The position numbers and the translations under genes were made by a program. From Takakia lepidozioides (lineage: Eukaryota; Plantae; Bryophyta), in the NCBI GenBank assembly GCA_030704615.1, contig CM060733.1, forward strand, positions 16,182,001 through 16,246,000: a stretch of 64,000 nucleotides of DNA, given 5' to 3'. Under the pieces are notes generated by a model. The model did no database searches, had not been told where the DNA came from, and was given only the letters and a program-made list of their open reading frames with translations. Below are positions 51,065-64,000 of the stretch, piece by piece; within the stretch, counting starts at the first letter, position 1, and each line of letters opens with the position of its first letter.

Positions 51065-52370
51065 CTCACCGACCTTAGCTATTACCAAACAAACTACAGC
51101 ATACACAAGCACATACGCAAAAGCTACAGTGCGTCCTGCAAGAGCTGATCACGAGAAGACAGAATAAATAAAAGTGGAGCATCACTCTCTATCTCTATGT
51201 ACTGGTAGCTAACAATAGACTTCTTTGCAGACAGGTCGAACGAGTGGTCTTTCAGTGGATTAGTGGTTTATTGATTAAGTAACTAGTTATTTCATCAAAA
51301 AGGCTTATCAATAAGGCTGATCATCAAGAAGGCTACCCTATGTCGTAGAAAAAATACATCCAATACTCTCACTCGACGTTGGGGCAGTCTTCTTCTACAA
51401 AAGCTTCAAATAGCTGTCAGGCCCATGAGACCACGCGTACGTTGGTACTTCTTGGTGAGAAGCGGCTTCGTATTCGTCAATACATCGGCAATCTGATCTT
51501 CAGTCCTGACGTATATCACGTCGATGTGCCCCTCTTCATATTTCTCCCAAATAGTAGACGCCTGTTGCAGAGCATTGGTTTTCCACAGTTGTCTGCAACA
51601 CCCCTCCTCAACGATAATCAATCATTACATGGCCGTTGTTGAGGAACAAAACAACTCCAATGTATGACTTCCGATCATCAATATCAGCCGCATAGTCAGA
51701 GTCACAGTATGCAGTCAAGACATGTGGATATAATACACAAAATGATACACAAAGCGAGACTTTGTGTATCGCTCGATCTCCCATCTGCGTCCAGCTTCAA
51801 CTTATAGATCTCTTTTCAGCTGATACGTTTCCGACCTGGGGGTAATGGCTGCAATTCTCATGTATCGTTTTCAAGCATAAACTCAATCTCTGCATTCATT
51901 GTCTGCTTCCACGTACTATTTCATTCATTAATGCATGGCTCACTGACCTTAGCTATTACCAAGAAAACTACAACATACACAAGCACATGACTTGGCGATG
52001 GTGACGATTGACGCTACATACTGCTTCAGTGGGGCATCTGATACGATTCGGCTTCTCAACCTTAATCCTACGTTCGCATCACTCACCAAGCACCACCACT
52101 AAAATTACTCTCCCCATTCATCTTATGCAAAAGCTAAAGTGAATCCCAAAAGCTGATCACGAGAAGACAAAATAAGTAAAAGTGGAGCATTGCTCTCTAT
52201 CTCCATGTACCAGTTATAGTAGAGTTCTCACACAATTTGGATGAGTGGCCTTTTATAAATGGGGTACTAGTTCTTGATTAGTTACTTGATCAAGAAAGCT
52301 TATCAAGAAGGCTGATTATGAAGGCTGATCAAGAAGGCTACCATATGTCGTAGAAGAAATACATCCAATA
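51065..52370 (-). mobile_element. Heavily deleted Copia relic with two LTR-like repeats
   Basis: Direct repeats ~51065-51365 and ~51938-52370, both ending AAATACATCCAATA; PPT-like GAGTGAGAG beside 51365; internal scraps IDVIYVRTEDQIADVLT, CDSDYAADIDDRKS and PGRKRIS...YKLK. Confidence 0.75.
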
Positions 52371-54393
52371 CTTCACTCTTTTTCGTCAACGACACCATCA
52401 TGTGGAAGATTAATAGAAGCAATCTCTAACATGCGGATGTGTACGAATGGTGCATGCCAAGTACATGACGAACTAGATACATATGTTAGTTTGCATAATT
52501 TGCGTCTATTTGCAAATGCTCATCACGTGTGTAAGACCTATGATAACATTGACCAAGTTCATTTGGGTGGCATTGATAGCACTATCATGAGACCTGAAGT
52601 AGTCCAATTGCTTAAACTACAAACCTTTGATCACTTAATATCCTCAATTACAAGGTTGGAACTTGCGTGTACAGATGGTCGATGGAATCAACAAGATGTT
52701 GGCTCCTTTTCTCAGTGGCTTTGGCGTGCATTGTCTTATCATGAACTGAAGAATAGCTACGTTTAACACTTATATCTCCCACAGATCGGCCTCATCTGTT
52801 AATTGAACTTGGAGTCATGGGGACGACCTGTGTTGTGATTGGCTTGATGGGGGGTTGCTTGTAGAGTCACTGGGTTGATACGGGTGACTTGGTGGGATAT
52901 GAAATACATTGTGCATTGCCACTGGAACCTCTTTTTTGTGCACTGTGGTTGTAGGGAAACATCCAAGTTTTGCCATCATGGGAATTTTTAGGATCATATT
53001 CATCTTCACCATATCTTTGGCTCTTCTCATTCAAGTTTATAGAATCTTCAAGTGTGAGCCCTTATATGCGGTATACACCTGTAGTGTCAATTTTTTGCTG
53101 TCACAACAAATCATCATATTCCTAATTGAGAATGCTATTAGTGAGAATGGACCAGACAAACATATAAAGGCTCATCTATATATTCCAAGTCTTATTACAA
53201 AAAATCCGAATCTCTATAGGTTATTTACCATAAAAAGTTACCACATTTCATAAAAAAAAAGGCGTCATGGACTTTTTTTTTCGTAAGATCCATAACAAAA
53301 TTAGAAAAAAATGACGTACCCAAAATGTGCTTTGAGGGATGAAGAATCTAGAATGAAAACATTCAATCAAAAGTATTAAGTTAAACAATATTGACATCCT
53401 ATTTTGAGCCTCTAAAATAGCTATGTTCGTAAAGTTCTGTATGAAATGAAATTATTTGAAATAACAAAATTACCTTCCTTAACCCCTAAAGGACGACGCG
53501 ACTCGAATCGGGTCGCGTCAGTTTTTGCCACGCTCCAGTTTGATAGTGGATGATACTACATGGAAGTGAACCCTATAGATAAATTGTGGATGTCAGAGAG
53601 GAGCACGTGTGGGAATTTACAGCGCCAAAACATCATAAAGGCTTTGCTCCCTAGAATTTTTCAAAGTGCCAAATGGGCAATCTTCAAAATAACATCTAGG
53701 GCTGAAAATTTATCATAATCCCAAACTTTTTGGACATGGCACTATGAAATGTTACTGGGCACTTACTTACCAGAGGAATTGGAAAACAAATATCATCTCA
53801 TGGGTGTAATTATGAAAGAAGCCAAAACAAGACAATTCACCCCCCCAGATTTCACATACAAAGCAGCCTATCTGAATTTTTGGAATTTTGGTCTGATTTT
53901 TGTGGGAGGCAGTGGTTTAGGTGCCATATAATTAGATTATGGAGGGCCTTTGTCTAGGAAGATTCAACTCGATACTGTAATTTTATGGTCAAACAATTTG
54001 CATGCATGCAATTTTTGAATACACTTACAAATTGGGGCATATTATTTTGTTATAATCTCCCAAATGCAATGGTCAATTTGCCTACATTTTTTACAGGATG
54101 TGAACATAGTAGATATGCACATAAGTATAAGGTTCACCCCCCTGGATGATTGGGGGTAAGAAGTTACACCCCCATCCATAAGTGTATATACTCTTTTTTA
54201 GTGGGCCCACCAAAAAATAGCTCGTCCTTTAAGGGTTAAACATGTTAGTTTATGTTAGATGAAGGTGGATAGAAGTTTAATGGACAAAATAATCTCCACC
54301 TACGTACGAAATCAACGATTTTTGAAAACGCTTCTAAACTGTCAATAATATAGGGTCTAAATAAACTCAACTGTGTCAATCCAATGGTTGAAT

Positions 54394-54429
<36 letters not shown>

Positions 54430-55240
54430 CTGGTCAATTAATTATGTACTCAATACAAGCTCACGATCTGCCTTTCATTGTGGGTTTGTGCAAATTCATG
54501 CAATTGTTTGCTAAGAATCCAGAGTGGAGAAGAGCACTCCAAACTCATGACCCATTGCCGCTGTTGCAATCGTCCCAAGTGGAGATAGTTGTTCCAAAGA
54601 GATCCATGGATAGATGTGCGCAATTTATATCAAGCTCTGAGTTGACACATTGTGTAGTAGCTTGAGTGTAATTTACAATTTTGGAACGCAAATGCATTGG
54701 TGGTAGCACTGTATCGGCAAAAAACTCAAACAAAAATACAACAATGGAGTTACCTACTGGGGAACAAGGATGCGACATATGCAATGTGAATGTGGGTAGG
54801 GCTAACTTACGCGGTAAGCTAGCCATGTGGGTAGAGAAAGGTCAATAAAAAAAGGGAGAGTTTTTTTTTTTTTTTTTTCTCGTCACGAAAAGGTCTTGGG
54901 CAGAAGGACAACACGCCAAATACAAAAGTTTGCGATGTCGGGCTGTGCTGCCAAGGGGATGATAGCTTTGAGGACCCGGAGAAGAAGAGGGTGGCAGACG
55001 AGGTAATAATTTGGACGCGCCAGGCCAGAGCACAGGTCCTTGTCAATGAGGGTTGACTGACCAGTGTCCCAGTATATTACCCCGCACACTATGCTCACTC
55101 CCTCACACCATCACTCTCTCTCATCGCCTCCCTTCCTCCCCACCCGCTCTTCCCGGCTACCACCACCCTCATCTCTCTCTCTCTCCGACTCGTCTGACAA
55201 ATACACTGAGGTACACTCTGTCATAGGCCTCCATGGCCTC
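52354..55240 (+). repeat. First unit of a ~2.9-kb tandem duplication of the GPAT upstream region/5' leader
   Basis: Collinear with 55241-55346 plus 60139-62864; ends ~45 bp short of the equivalent GPAT ATG. Confidence 0.93.
53483..54235. mobile_element. piggyBac-like MITE, copy 2
   Basis: TTAA|CCCCTAAAGGACGA...TCGTCCTTTAAGGG|TTAA. Confidence 0.72.
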
Positions 55241-55346
55241 AAGAAATACATCCAATACTTCACTTTTTTTCGTCAACGACATCATCATGTGGAAGATTAA
55301 TAGAAACAATCTCTAATATGCGGATGTGTATGAATGGTGCATGACG

Positions 55347-58300
55347 TGTCGCGGCCCTTTGCCTTGAGGGCAGGGGGTTGGGTCGCAGAGGGGCTGCCCC
55401 TGTGGTGGGGGCGGTGGCAGCAATAGGTACGGGGGGCTGAAGCGAGGCCGCTCAAGGACGGGATGAATCTGAGGAGTCGGAGTCCGAGGAATCCGTGAGA
55501 GCTTCGACAGACTAACAGATGCCTCCCATGCCAGCAACCTTTTGGGAAGGGTTGTTGGCGCAGTTTGGTGAGACGTTGAAAGACGTGTTAAAGGCGACTA
55601 ATGCCTCTTCCACTAAGGCAAAGTTTAAGGTGAAGCCTAAGGAACCCGGCACCTTCGAGGGCGTCCGAAATCGGAAGGCACTCAACACCTGGCTCTTGGA
55701 GCTAGAGCAGTACTTCCGGGCGGCCAAGTTGGATGACAAGGATCGGGTGGAAGTGGCTCCCACCTAATTGAGGGGCTATGCTCAACAATGGTGGTAGAAA
55801 CGCCTTCACGACCGAGGTCCAAACCCGGAGACCTTGAACTGGAGTGGGTTCAAGGAACTCATGAAGAGACAGTTTGTGCCCCTCAACGTGTCTTGTCTCG
55901 CCCGGGACAAGATGAGGAATTTGAAGCAAACGGATGACATTCGGGGATATGTTCAGGCTTTCAATGTGCTGTTGCTCAAAGTCGCGGACATGACAGAACC
56001 AGAAATGGTCTTCAACTTTGTGGCGGGACTGGCCCCATGGGCCAGACGAAAGTTGGAGGAGAAGCCACCTAAGACTTTGAACCAGGCAATTGAAAGGGCT
56101 GAATGTTTCTCGGATGTCCCTAGGGGCGAAAGACAAGGCCGTACGAAGCTGAACCACAAGAAGGCCCGGCGGGAAGGTGACTCCTTCCGACCGGAAAAGA
56201 AGTGGGATAGGCCACGCAGTGACAATGGCACATGGAAATCGAAGGGAGGGCCCTCACACGTCAAGACGACACCCGGTGCCCCGAAAGGGAAACCAGGTGC
56301 GGCGGCTTATGGCGGACAGAAGGCGACCTTCGATGGAGTGTGCTTTAATTGCGGGGAGCCCGAGCACATGGCCAAGAAGTGTACGAATTCCCGACAATTA
56401 AACATGACTCGGGCAACCACAGAGTTATCCGAAGCCTCCATCAGCCGTTTGGTGGAGGCGGTGGTCGCCAAGACTTGCAAGGTAGGCAACTACTCTTGTG
56501 AGTTGTATCAGGAAATTGGCGCATTGCGTAAAGGGAGTCAGTTAATGTTTGTGAGTGGGATAATCTCCGGAACTAACGTATCGTTGTTGGTGGACACAGG
56601 AGCGTCGCACTCCTTCATGACACCGGCAACGGCACGGAAGCTGGGACTCCCGACAAGTGATGTGGGGGCCTCGATTGAGGTGCGTTCTGCTAAAGGAGAA
56701 CCACAATTGGCGACGAGGTTGGCGTTCGATGTTCCTCTTCAGTCCGGAGGGACGTGAGAACTTCACCATTTGCGAGATCGATGGAGTGGATCTCATTTTG
56801 GGGATGACCTTTTTGAGCAAATCCGGAGCGGTCATAGATGGCCGCAAAGAGTAGTCACGCTACCGTGTGGGAATGGTGGCGAAGTTTTACGAGTGTCGGA
56901 AACGCCCAACCCCGTGGGAGGGCGAATAAACCTTGTGTCAGCAAGGAAGTGGGCCGTGGAGGAGCCACACTTTGGCACTGTTCAATGTGGATATCCAGTA
57001 CAAACCGGGACGAGACAATGTGGTGGCCGATGCTTTAAATAGAAAGCAGCAGCTCATGATGGTGTACAGGGACGAGACGGCGCTCCAAAGGAAGATTCGG
57101 AAGGCTTACCGGAAGGATGAGATGACGAGGTCCGTGACGCGAGACTTGAGGATGGGGGTTAAATCGAGTTCCACTTGCACAATGGACTGCTCCGGTATAA
57201 GCAAAAACGTCTCTATGGGCCGATGGGAGGGATCAGAGATAGTCTCTTGAGAGAATGCCATGATGGCCCGCTTGCGGACCACGGCGGAGCCAAGCGCACC
57301 GCGACACTACTGAAGAAAGAGTATTTCTAGCCCAAACTGAGGGAGGAGGCCGAGGAACATGTCAAGACATGCACCACATGCCAACAAAACCGGAGCGAAT
57401 ACAAAAAGCAAGCGGGGCTGTTACAACCCTTGCCGATTCCAGAGGGGTCTTGGGAAAGTGTCTCGATGGACTTCATGACTGCTATGCCGCTGTCAAAAGG
57501 ATTCGACGCAATCATGGTGGTGGTGGATAGGTTCAGTAAAATGGGTCATTTCATCCCAACCAAGGAGATGGCAACTGCGCAAGAGACTAGGGGACTTTAC
57601 TTCGCCCACATCTTCAAGCATCATGGACTCCCGAAGGATATTGTCTCGGACTGCGATCCAAAGTTTGCTAGTAAATTTTGGAGGGTACTTTGGAAGAAAA
57701 TGGGGACGAGGCTCAAAATGAGCACCGCCTTCCGACCTAGGACGGACGGCCAAACGGAAAGGGTGAATTCCGTGGTGAAGCAGATCTTGCGGAATTACGT
57801 GTCGGCAGACCAATCGGACTGGGTGGAGCACTTGGATGCGGCAGAGTTCTGTTATAATAACACAAACCATTCCACAACAGGAGTTTCCCCTTTCGTATTG
57901 GTCTATGGAAAAGCACCTCTGGTGCCGACAAGTTGGGCCGCCCAAGACGTTGAGGAACCGACAGCAGCGGCAGTGCTGGAAGAACGCGAGCGTTTGTTGA
58001 AGCTCGCAAAGTACAACATTGCCAAAGCTAGGAAACGGTATGAACGGCAGGCGAATCGGAAGCAGAGGGAGGTTAAGTTTGAGGCAGGCACGGAGGTCTG
58101 GTTGAACATCAAAAAATTTCGACTACCTTCGGAAATGAGTCCAAAGATCGTACTTCCATATGCGGGACCATTTCGCATCCGGAAGGTTATGAATGAGGAT
58201 GTGTATGAATTGGAGCTGCCGGCAAACAACAAGGTGCATCCAGTATTCCACGTCTCCCTTTTGAAGCCTTACTTCAAAGATGAAGCGCGTCCGAATCGGC

Positions 58301-60138
58301 CTCAAGTGTTGCGTCCGCCACCTGTGCTGTTGGATCATGAAAATGAACCTGAGTACGAGGTGGAGGCAGTGCTTAAGTCGAGGAGGTTCAAAAATCGAGA
58401 AACGGAGTATCTCGTGAAATGAAAGGGCTATCATCATGTGGAGGCATCTTGGGTGCGTGCCTCAGAAATGGGAAACGCATCCGAGGCGGTTGCAGCTTTC
58501 GAAGGGCGACCTCAAAAGCGGAAGAAGCGTTGATGGGGACATCAATCTTAGAGCGTGGGGGAGGAAATGCATGCTTAGCCCGGCTTAGCTAGCTCAGGAA
58601 TCCAATTACAAAAACTTGTATTGGACAAATTTTGTTATAAAAGAAATGGTTTCCAAATGTTGTGCGTCCTATTTTGTTTGGAATGATGATGCATGGTATG
58701 GTTGGCTAGTGTGTAGAATGCATGCTAAGCTTACAAAGTGGGAGAGGTAAATTGGATTAATCGTGTGTTTGTGTAGTGCCGAAATCGGGTGACTCCCACC
58801 CAAGGGGCAATGAAATTTGCACCTTCGTTGGGAGTTCACGCGCTAGTGCGCATACTATAACTGCGCTACCTAGGGGGTTGCCTTGTAGTGCGGGCTAATG
58901 CAGAAACTACGTGCTTCCGTTCACGTACTATAATCGTGTAGCCTCGGGACGAAGTCGTAGTGCGGCTTCGGCGTGTTCCTGTATCTCAGGCCAGCATTCC
59001 AAAGCGGACCCAATTGTAGTGATTGAGGTGCACGGTTGGTTCAAGGTTATTTTCCTAGTAAAAAAGGGTTCAAGGCGAACCCTTGCTCAAGGTGATGCCA
59101 AAAGCGACATCACGAGCGGTCGCAAGCAAATGTTGTTGCAGTAAGGTGATTCGATCCTCGGGGAGGATCGATCCTTGGCCCTGAAGTGGGTCAAGAAGAG
59201 TGCACTGGGAGGAGCTTGAGAGGCTCCACCCTTGGTCGGGACTTGGAGGAAGTCGGCCGAACTAGCTAGTGGAGAGAAGAGTCAAGTGGGGGTTTGGTTC
59301 TTAGCCATCGGACGCCATGGTGCGGAAACAAACTCCTTGATGTGGGACGCCACAACTTGGATGTTCGTTTCTACAAAATGAGCAAGTCGATGAGGACATC
59401 GACTCCATGTTGGTAGGGGTGTCGCGGCCCTTTGCCTTGAGGGCAGGGGTCGGGTCGCAGAGGGGCTGCCCCTGTGGTGGGGCGGTGGCAGCAATAGGTA
59501 CGGGGGCTGAAGCAACCTCGAGTGCCCAAAGCACTCGAGGAGGCGGATGCACTCACTAGGTGGAGCCCCGCACACCGGGTTGCGGTGGGGGTGGCTCCAC
59601 AAGGGTGGTGGTAGCTTAGTGGGACTTAGTGGGATGGCATAGGACTCACCATGGGGGCGGAGACCTTGTGGTGGGAGTCATGGGGAGTCTTGGGACTCAT
59701 CACGGTCCAAGGGGACCGTGGTGGGTGGGCCAAGACTCACCACACTCATCACCGGGAATTGAGGGTTTTCGTGGTGGTTCGCCATAAAATGGTGGTGTTG
59801 TTTGTGAAACCCCCGCGGACAGTCACAAAAGTATATATAGGGAGTAGTAACCCCGAGAACGGTGCAAGCCCGTTGGTGTCCAAAAACTAATGAGTAAGCG
59901 TGCGAGCCGGAAAGCGACCAAGGTGTGGGGAGCTATTCTGGACTGCCATCGACCAAAGGGAATTTCCACTAGGCCCAAATTGGGAGAGAGTCTAGTGGAG
60001 GAGTAAAGGCAGACCGTTATGCCCCGGTGAGCAGCCGAAGCTCCGAGTTGGCCTGGTGGCCAGTTTGGGAGTTAGGCGCGCGTATCAAGCGAGTAACTAT
60101 GACTTGAAGGGGAGCTTACCGAAATGAGGTGCGCGACA
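55347..60138 (+). mobile_element. Galadriel-like Gypsy, internally deleted copy; TSD TGACG
   Basis: TGACG at 55342-55346 and 60139-60143. 5' LTR cut at ~55443 and fused to gag; gag-PR 55519-56757; RT and most of RNase H deleted at ~56970; IN-chromodomain 57430-58530; intact 3' LTR 59420-60138. Confidence 0.96.
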
Positions 60139-61116
60139 TGACGAGTGCATGACAAACTGAATACATATGTTGGTTTGTATAAATTTTTTGCGTCTATTTG
60201 CAAATGCTCATCACGCGTGTAAGACCTATGATAACATTGACCAAGTTCATTTGGGTGGCATTGATAGCACTATCATGAGACCTGAAGTGTTTAAAACTAC
60301 AAACCTTTGATCACTTAATATCCTCAAATACAAGGTTGGAACTTGCGTGTACAGATGGTCGATGGAATCAACAAGATGTTGGCTCTTTTTCTCGGTGGCT
60401 TTGGCATGCATTGTCTTATCATGAGCCTGAAAAATAGCTACGTTTAACTCTTATATCTCCCACAGATCGGCCTCATCTGTTAATTGAACTTGGAGTCATG
60501 GGGACTTGTAGAGTCACTGGGTTGATAGGGGTGACTTGGTGGGATATGAAGTACATTGTGCATTGTCACTGGAACCTCTTTTTGTGCACTGTGGTTGTAG
60601 GGAAACATCCAAGTTTTGCCATCATGGCAATTTTTAGGAGCATATTCAGCTTCACCATATCTTTGGCTCTTCTCATTCAAGTTTATAGCATCTTCAAGTG
60701 TGAGCCCTTATATGCGGTATACACCTATATTGTCAATTTTTTGCTGTCACAACAAATCATCATATTCCTAATTGAGAATGCTATTAGTGAGAATGGACCA
60801 GACAAACATATAAAGGCTCATCTATATAGTCCAAGTTTTATTACAAAAAAACCGAATCTCTATAGGTTATGGACCATAAGAAGTTACTACATTTCATAAA
60901 AAAAGGCGTCATAGACTTTTTTTACATAAGACCCGTAACAAAATTAGACTTGCCCAAAATATGCTTTGAGGGATGAAGAATCTAGAATGAAAACATTCAA
61001 TCAAAAGTATTAAGTTAAACAATATTGACGTCCTATTTTGAGCCTCTAAAATAGCTATGTTCATAAAGTCATGTATGAAATGAAATTATTTGAAATAACA
61101 AAATTACCTTCCTTAA

Positions 61117-61889
61117 CCCCTAAAGGACGAGGGGACTCTTTTTGCCACGCTCCAGTTTGATAGTGGATGGAAGTGAACCCTAAAGATAAATTGTGGATGT
61201 CGCAGAGGAGCACGTGTGGGAATTTACAGCGCCAAAAAATCATAAAGGCTCTGCTCCCTAGAATTTTTCAAAGTGCCAAGGGGTCAGAAAATCCAGTGTT
61301 AAAGCACCATTGACCTGCCTACGTGGCAGTCAAATGGGCAATCTTCGAAATAACATCTAGGGCTGAAAATTTATCATAATCCCAAATTTTTTGGACAGGG
61401 CACATTGAAATGTTACTGGGCACTTACTTACCAGAGGAATTGGAAAACATATATCATCTCATGGGTGTAATTGTGAAAGAACCAAAACAAGACAATTACC
61501 ACCCAGATTTCACATACAAAGCAGCCTATCTGAATTTTTGGAATTTTGGTGTGATTTTTGTGGGAGGCAGTGGTTTAGGAGCCATATACTTAGATTATGG
61601 AGGGCCTTTGTCTAGGAAAATTCAACTCGATATTGTAATTTTATGGTCAAACAATTTGCATGCATTTTTTGAATACACTTACAAATTGGGGCATATTATT
61701 TTGTTATAATCTCCCAAATGCAATGGTCAGTTTGCCTACATTTTTTACAGGATGTGAACATAGTAGATATGCACATAAGTATAAGGTTCATCCCCCCGGA
61801 TGATTGGGGGTAAGAAGTTACACCCCCATCCATAAGTGTATATACTCTTTTTTAGTGGGCCCACCAAAAAACAGCTCGTCCTTTAAGGG
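61117..61889. mobile_element. piggyBac-like MITE, copy 3
   Basis: TTAA|CCCCTAAAGGACGA...TCGTCCTTTAAGGG|TTAA. Confidence 0.72.
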
Positions 61890-62908
61890 TTAAACATGTT
61901 AGTTTATGTTAGATGAAGGGTGGATAGAAGTTTAATGGACAAAATAATGTCCACCTACATACGAAATCAACCGTTTTTGAAAACGCTTCTAAACTGTCAA
62001 TAATATAGGGTCTATATAAACTCAACTGTGTCAATCCAATGGTTGAATGTTTTTTTTTTTTTTTTTTGGTCAATTTATGTACTCAATACAGGCTCACGAT
62101 CTGCCTTTCATTGTGGGTTTGTGCAAATTCATGCAATTGTTTGCTAAGATTCAAGAGTGGAGAAGAGCACTCCAAACTCATGACCAATTGCCGCCGTTGC
62201 AATCGTCCCAAGTGGAGATAGTTGTTCCAAAGAGATCCATGGATAGATGTGCGCAATTTATGTCGAGCTGTGAGTTGATACATTGTGTAGTAGCTTGAGT
62301 GTAATTTACAATTCTAGAAAGCAAACGCGGCGAGGTGGTAGCACTGTATGGGCAAAGAACTCAAACAAAATACAACAATGGAGTTACCTGCTGGGGAACA
62401 AGGATGCGACATATGCAATGTGAACGTGGGTAGGGCTAACTTACGCGGTAAGCTAGCCATGTGGGTAGAGAAAGGTCAATAAAAAAGGGAGAGAATTTTT
62501 TTTCTTGTCACGAAAAGGTCTTGGGACAGCACGCCAAATATAAAAGTTTGCGATGTCGGGCTGTGCTGCCAAGGGGATGATAGCTTTGAGGACCCGGAGA
62601 AGCAGAGGGTGGCGGACGAGGTAATAATAAGACCTAAGTTGGACGCGCCAGGCCAGAGCACAGGTCCTTGTCAACGAGGGTTGACTGACCAGTGTCCCAG
62701 TATACCCCGCCGCACACTGCGCTCACTCCCTCACACCATCACTCTCTCTCATCGCCTCCCTTCCTCCCCACCCGCTCTTCCCCGCTACCACCACCCTCAT
62801 CTCTCTCTCTCTCTCTCTCGACGTGTCTGACAAATACACTGAGCTACACTCCGTCATCGGCCTCTGCACTACCCACACAGATCGGGTCTTCCTCAACACC
62901 ATAATACC

Positions 62909-64000
62909 ATGGGTCCGAAGGCGAAGATATCTGGGCCGGAGCCTTTCGATTACATTGAGAAATGCAGCTCCGATGGACGAGAGAAACAGACCGTGATATC
63001 CGATTTGGATGGCACCCTGGTCAGAGGGCGGAGCTCATTTCCCTACTTCATGCTGGTGGCATTCGAGGCCGGCGGCTTTCTCCGTTCCCTCCTCCTCCTC
63101 CTCTTCGCCCCCATTGCTTGGTTCCTTTATCACTTCGTCTCAGAAGCAGCAGGGATCCAGGTGTTAGTCTTTGTCACCTTTGCTGGTCTCAAAGTGACTC
63201 AAATTGAGACTGTAGCGCGCGCGGTTCTGCCAAAGTTCTACTGCGAGGATCTGCACCCAGAGACATGGCGTGTGTTTTCCCTCCTTTGGGAAGCGCTATG
63301 TTCTGACTGCCAATCCCCGCATAATGGTGGAGACCTTTGCAAAGGAGTATCTGGGTGCCGATGCGGTGCTTGGGTCCGAGATCGAGGTGACCAGGAACGG
63401 GCGCAACAGGTTTCCTCAAAGCCCCCGGTGTCCTTGTGGTGTGAAGAAAAATTGCTTTGAAGGCAGCTTTCGGGACGATGCACCGGACGTTGGCCTGGGC
63501 GACCGCAAGACTGACCACCCCTTCATGGCTCTGTGCAAGGAAGGCTACGTGGTGCCCGCCAACAAGGTACAAGCTGTGCAAAAGGAGGAGCTGCCGAAGC
63601 CGATCGTGTTCCACGACGGGCGGCTTGTGCAACGCCCTACTCCACTCAACGCTCTTCTCACCCTCGTCTGGATGCCTATCGGTTTCCTTCTTGCCGTGCT
63701 TCGGATTGCTGCAGGGTCCTTGCTCCCCATGTCCTTGACATACTACGCTTACGTTGCCCTCGGGGTGCGTGTAAAGGTCACGGGAACACCCCCACCTGCA
63801 GTGAAGGATGGAAAGCAGGGAGTCCTGTTTATCTGCTCCCATCGGACCTTGTTGGACCCCATCTTCCTGTCGGTAGCCCTCGGGCGACCTATCACAGCAG
63901 TCACATACTCCATTTCACGTGTCTCGGAGGCCCTTTCCCCAATCAAGACGGTTGCTTTGACTCGCAACAGAGAGCAAGATGCTGCCAACATCAGCAAGCT
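62909..64000 (+). pseudogene. GPAT: RAM2-like GPAT copy B, runs off the window; several small indels (pseudogene or assembly error)
   Basis: Nearly identical to copy A from the ATG; +1 C near 63281 and small deletions near 63401, 63440-63450 and 63472 break the frame. Confidence 0.85.

Noticed and set aside
60640-60647. P1BS-like GCATATTC (also at ~9796 in the inverted copy) and a CTTGTTC core at ~62395-62401 as mycorrhiza/phosphate cis-elements
   Set aside because: Short motifs expected by chance; the CTTC/MYCS match is imperfect and no AW-box was found by eye in the proximal region.

Overview
Eukaryotic land-plant nuclear DNA, dense in transposable elements; no prokaryotic genes, rRNA, tRNA or CRISPR arrays were found. 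The host-gene core is an amplified, rearranged cluster of an intronless RAM2-type sn-2 glycerol-3-phosphate acyltransferase/phosphatase (GPAT). Copy A is intact (46263-47792, -). Copy B (62909 to the window end, +) is frameshifted and sits behind a tandemly duplicated ~2.9 kb upstream unit. Copy C carries a Copia insertion and now appears split into oppositely oriented halves ~34 kb apart (7541-10829 - and 42056-43570 +). The 3' half of C and copy A form a ~1.5 kb inverted repeat around an unannotated OVATE-like (OFP17-type) gene remnant. The rest is nested TEs: a CACTA transposase relic; two Copia elements with near-identical internal regions but different LTRs; three members of one Galadriel-like chromovirus family (full-length, internally deleted, solo LTR); PIF/Harbinger relics; other gag/Copia relics; tandem arrays; two foldback hairpins; and a TTAA-flanked, CCC-terminated piggyBac-like MITE in each copy of the GPAT upstream unit. 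Family assignments come from motif recognition by eye, not database searches.
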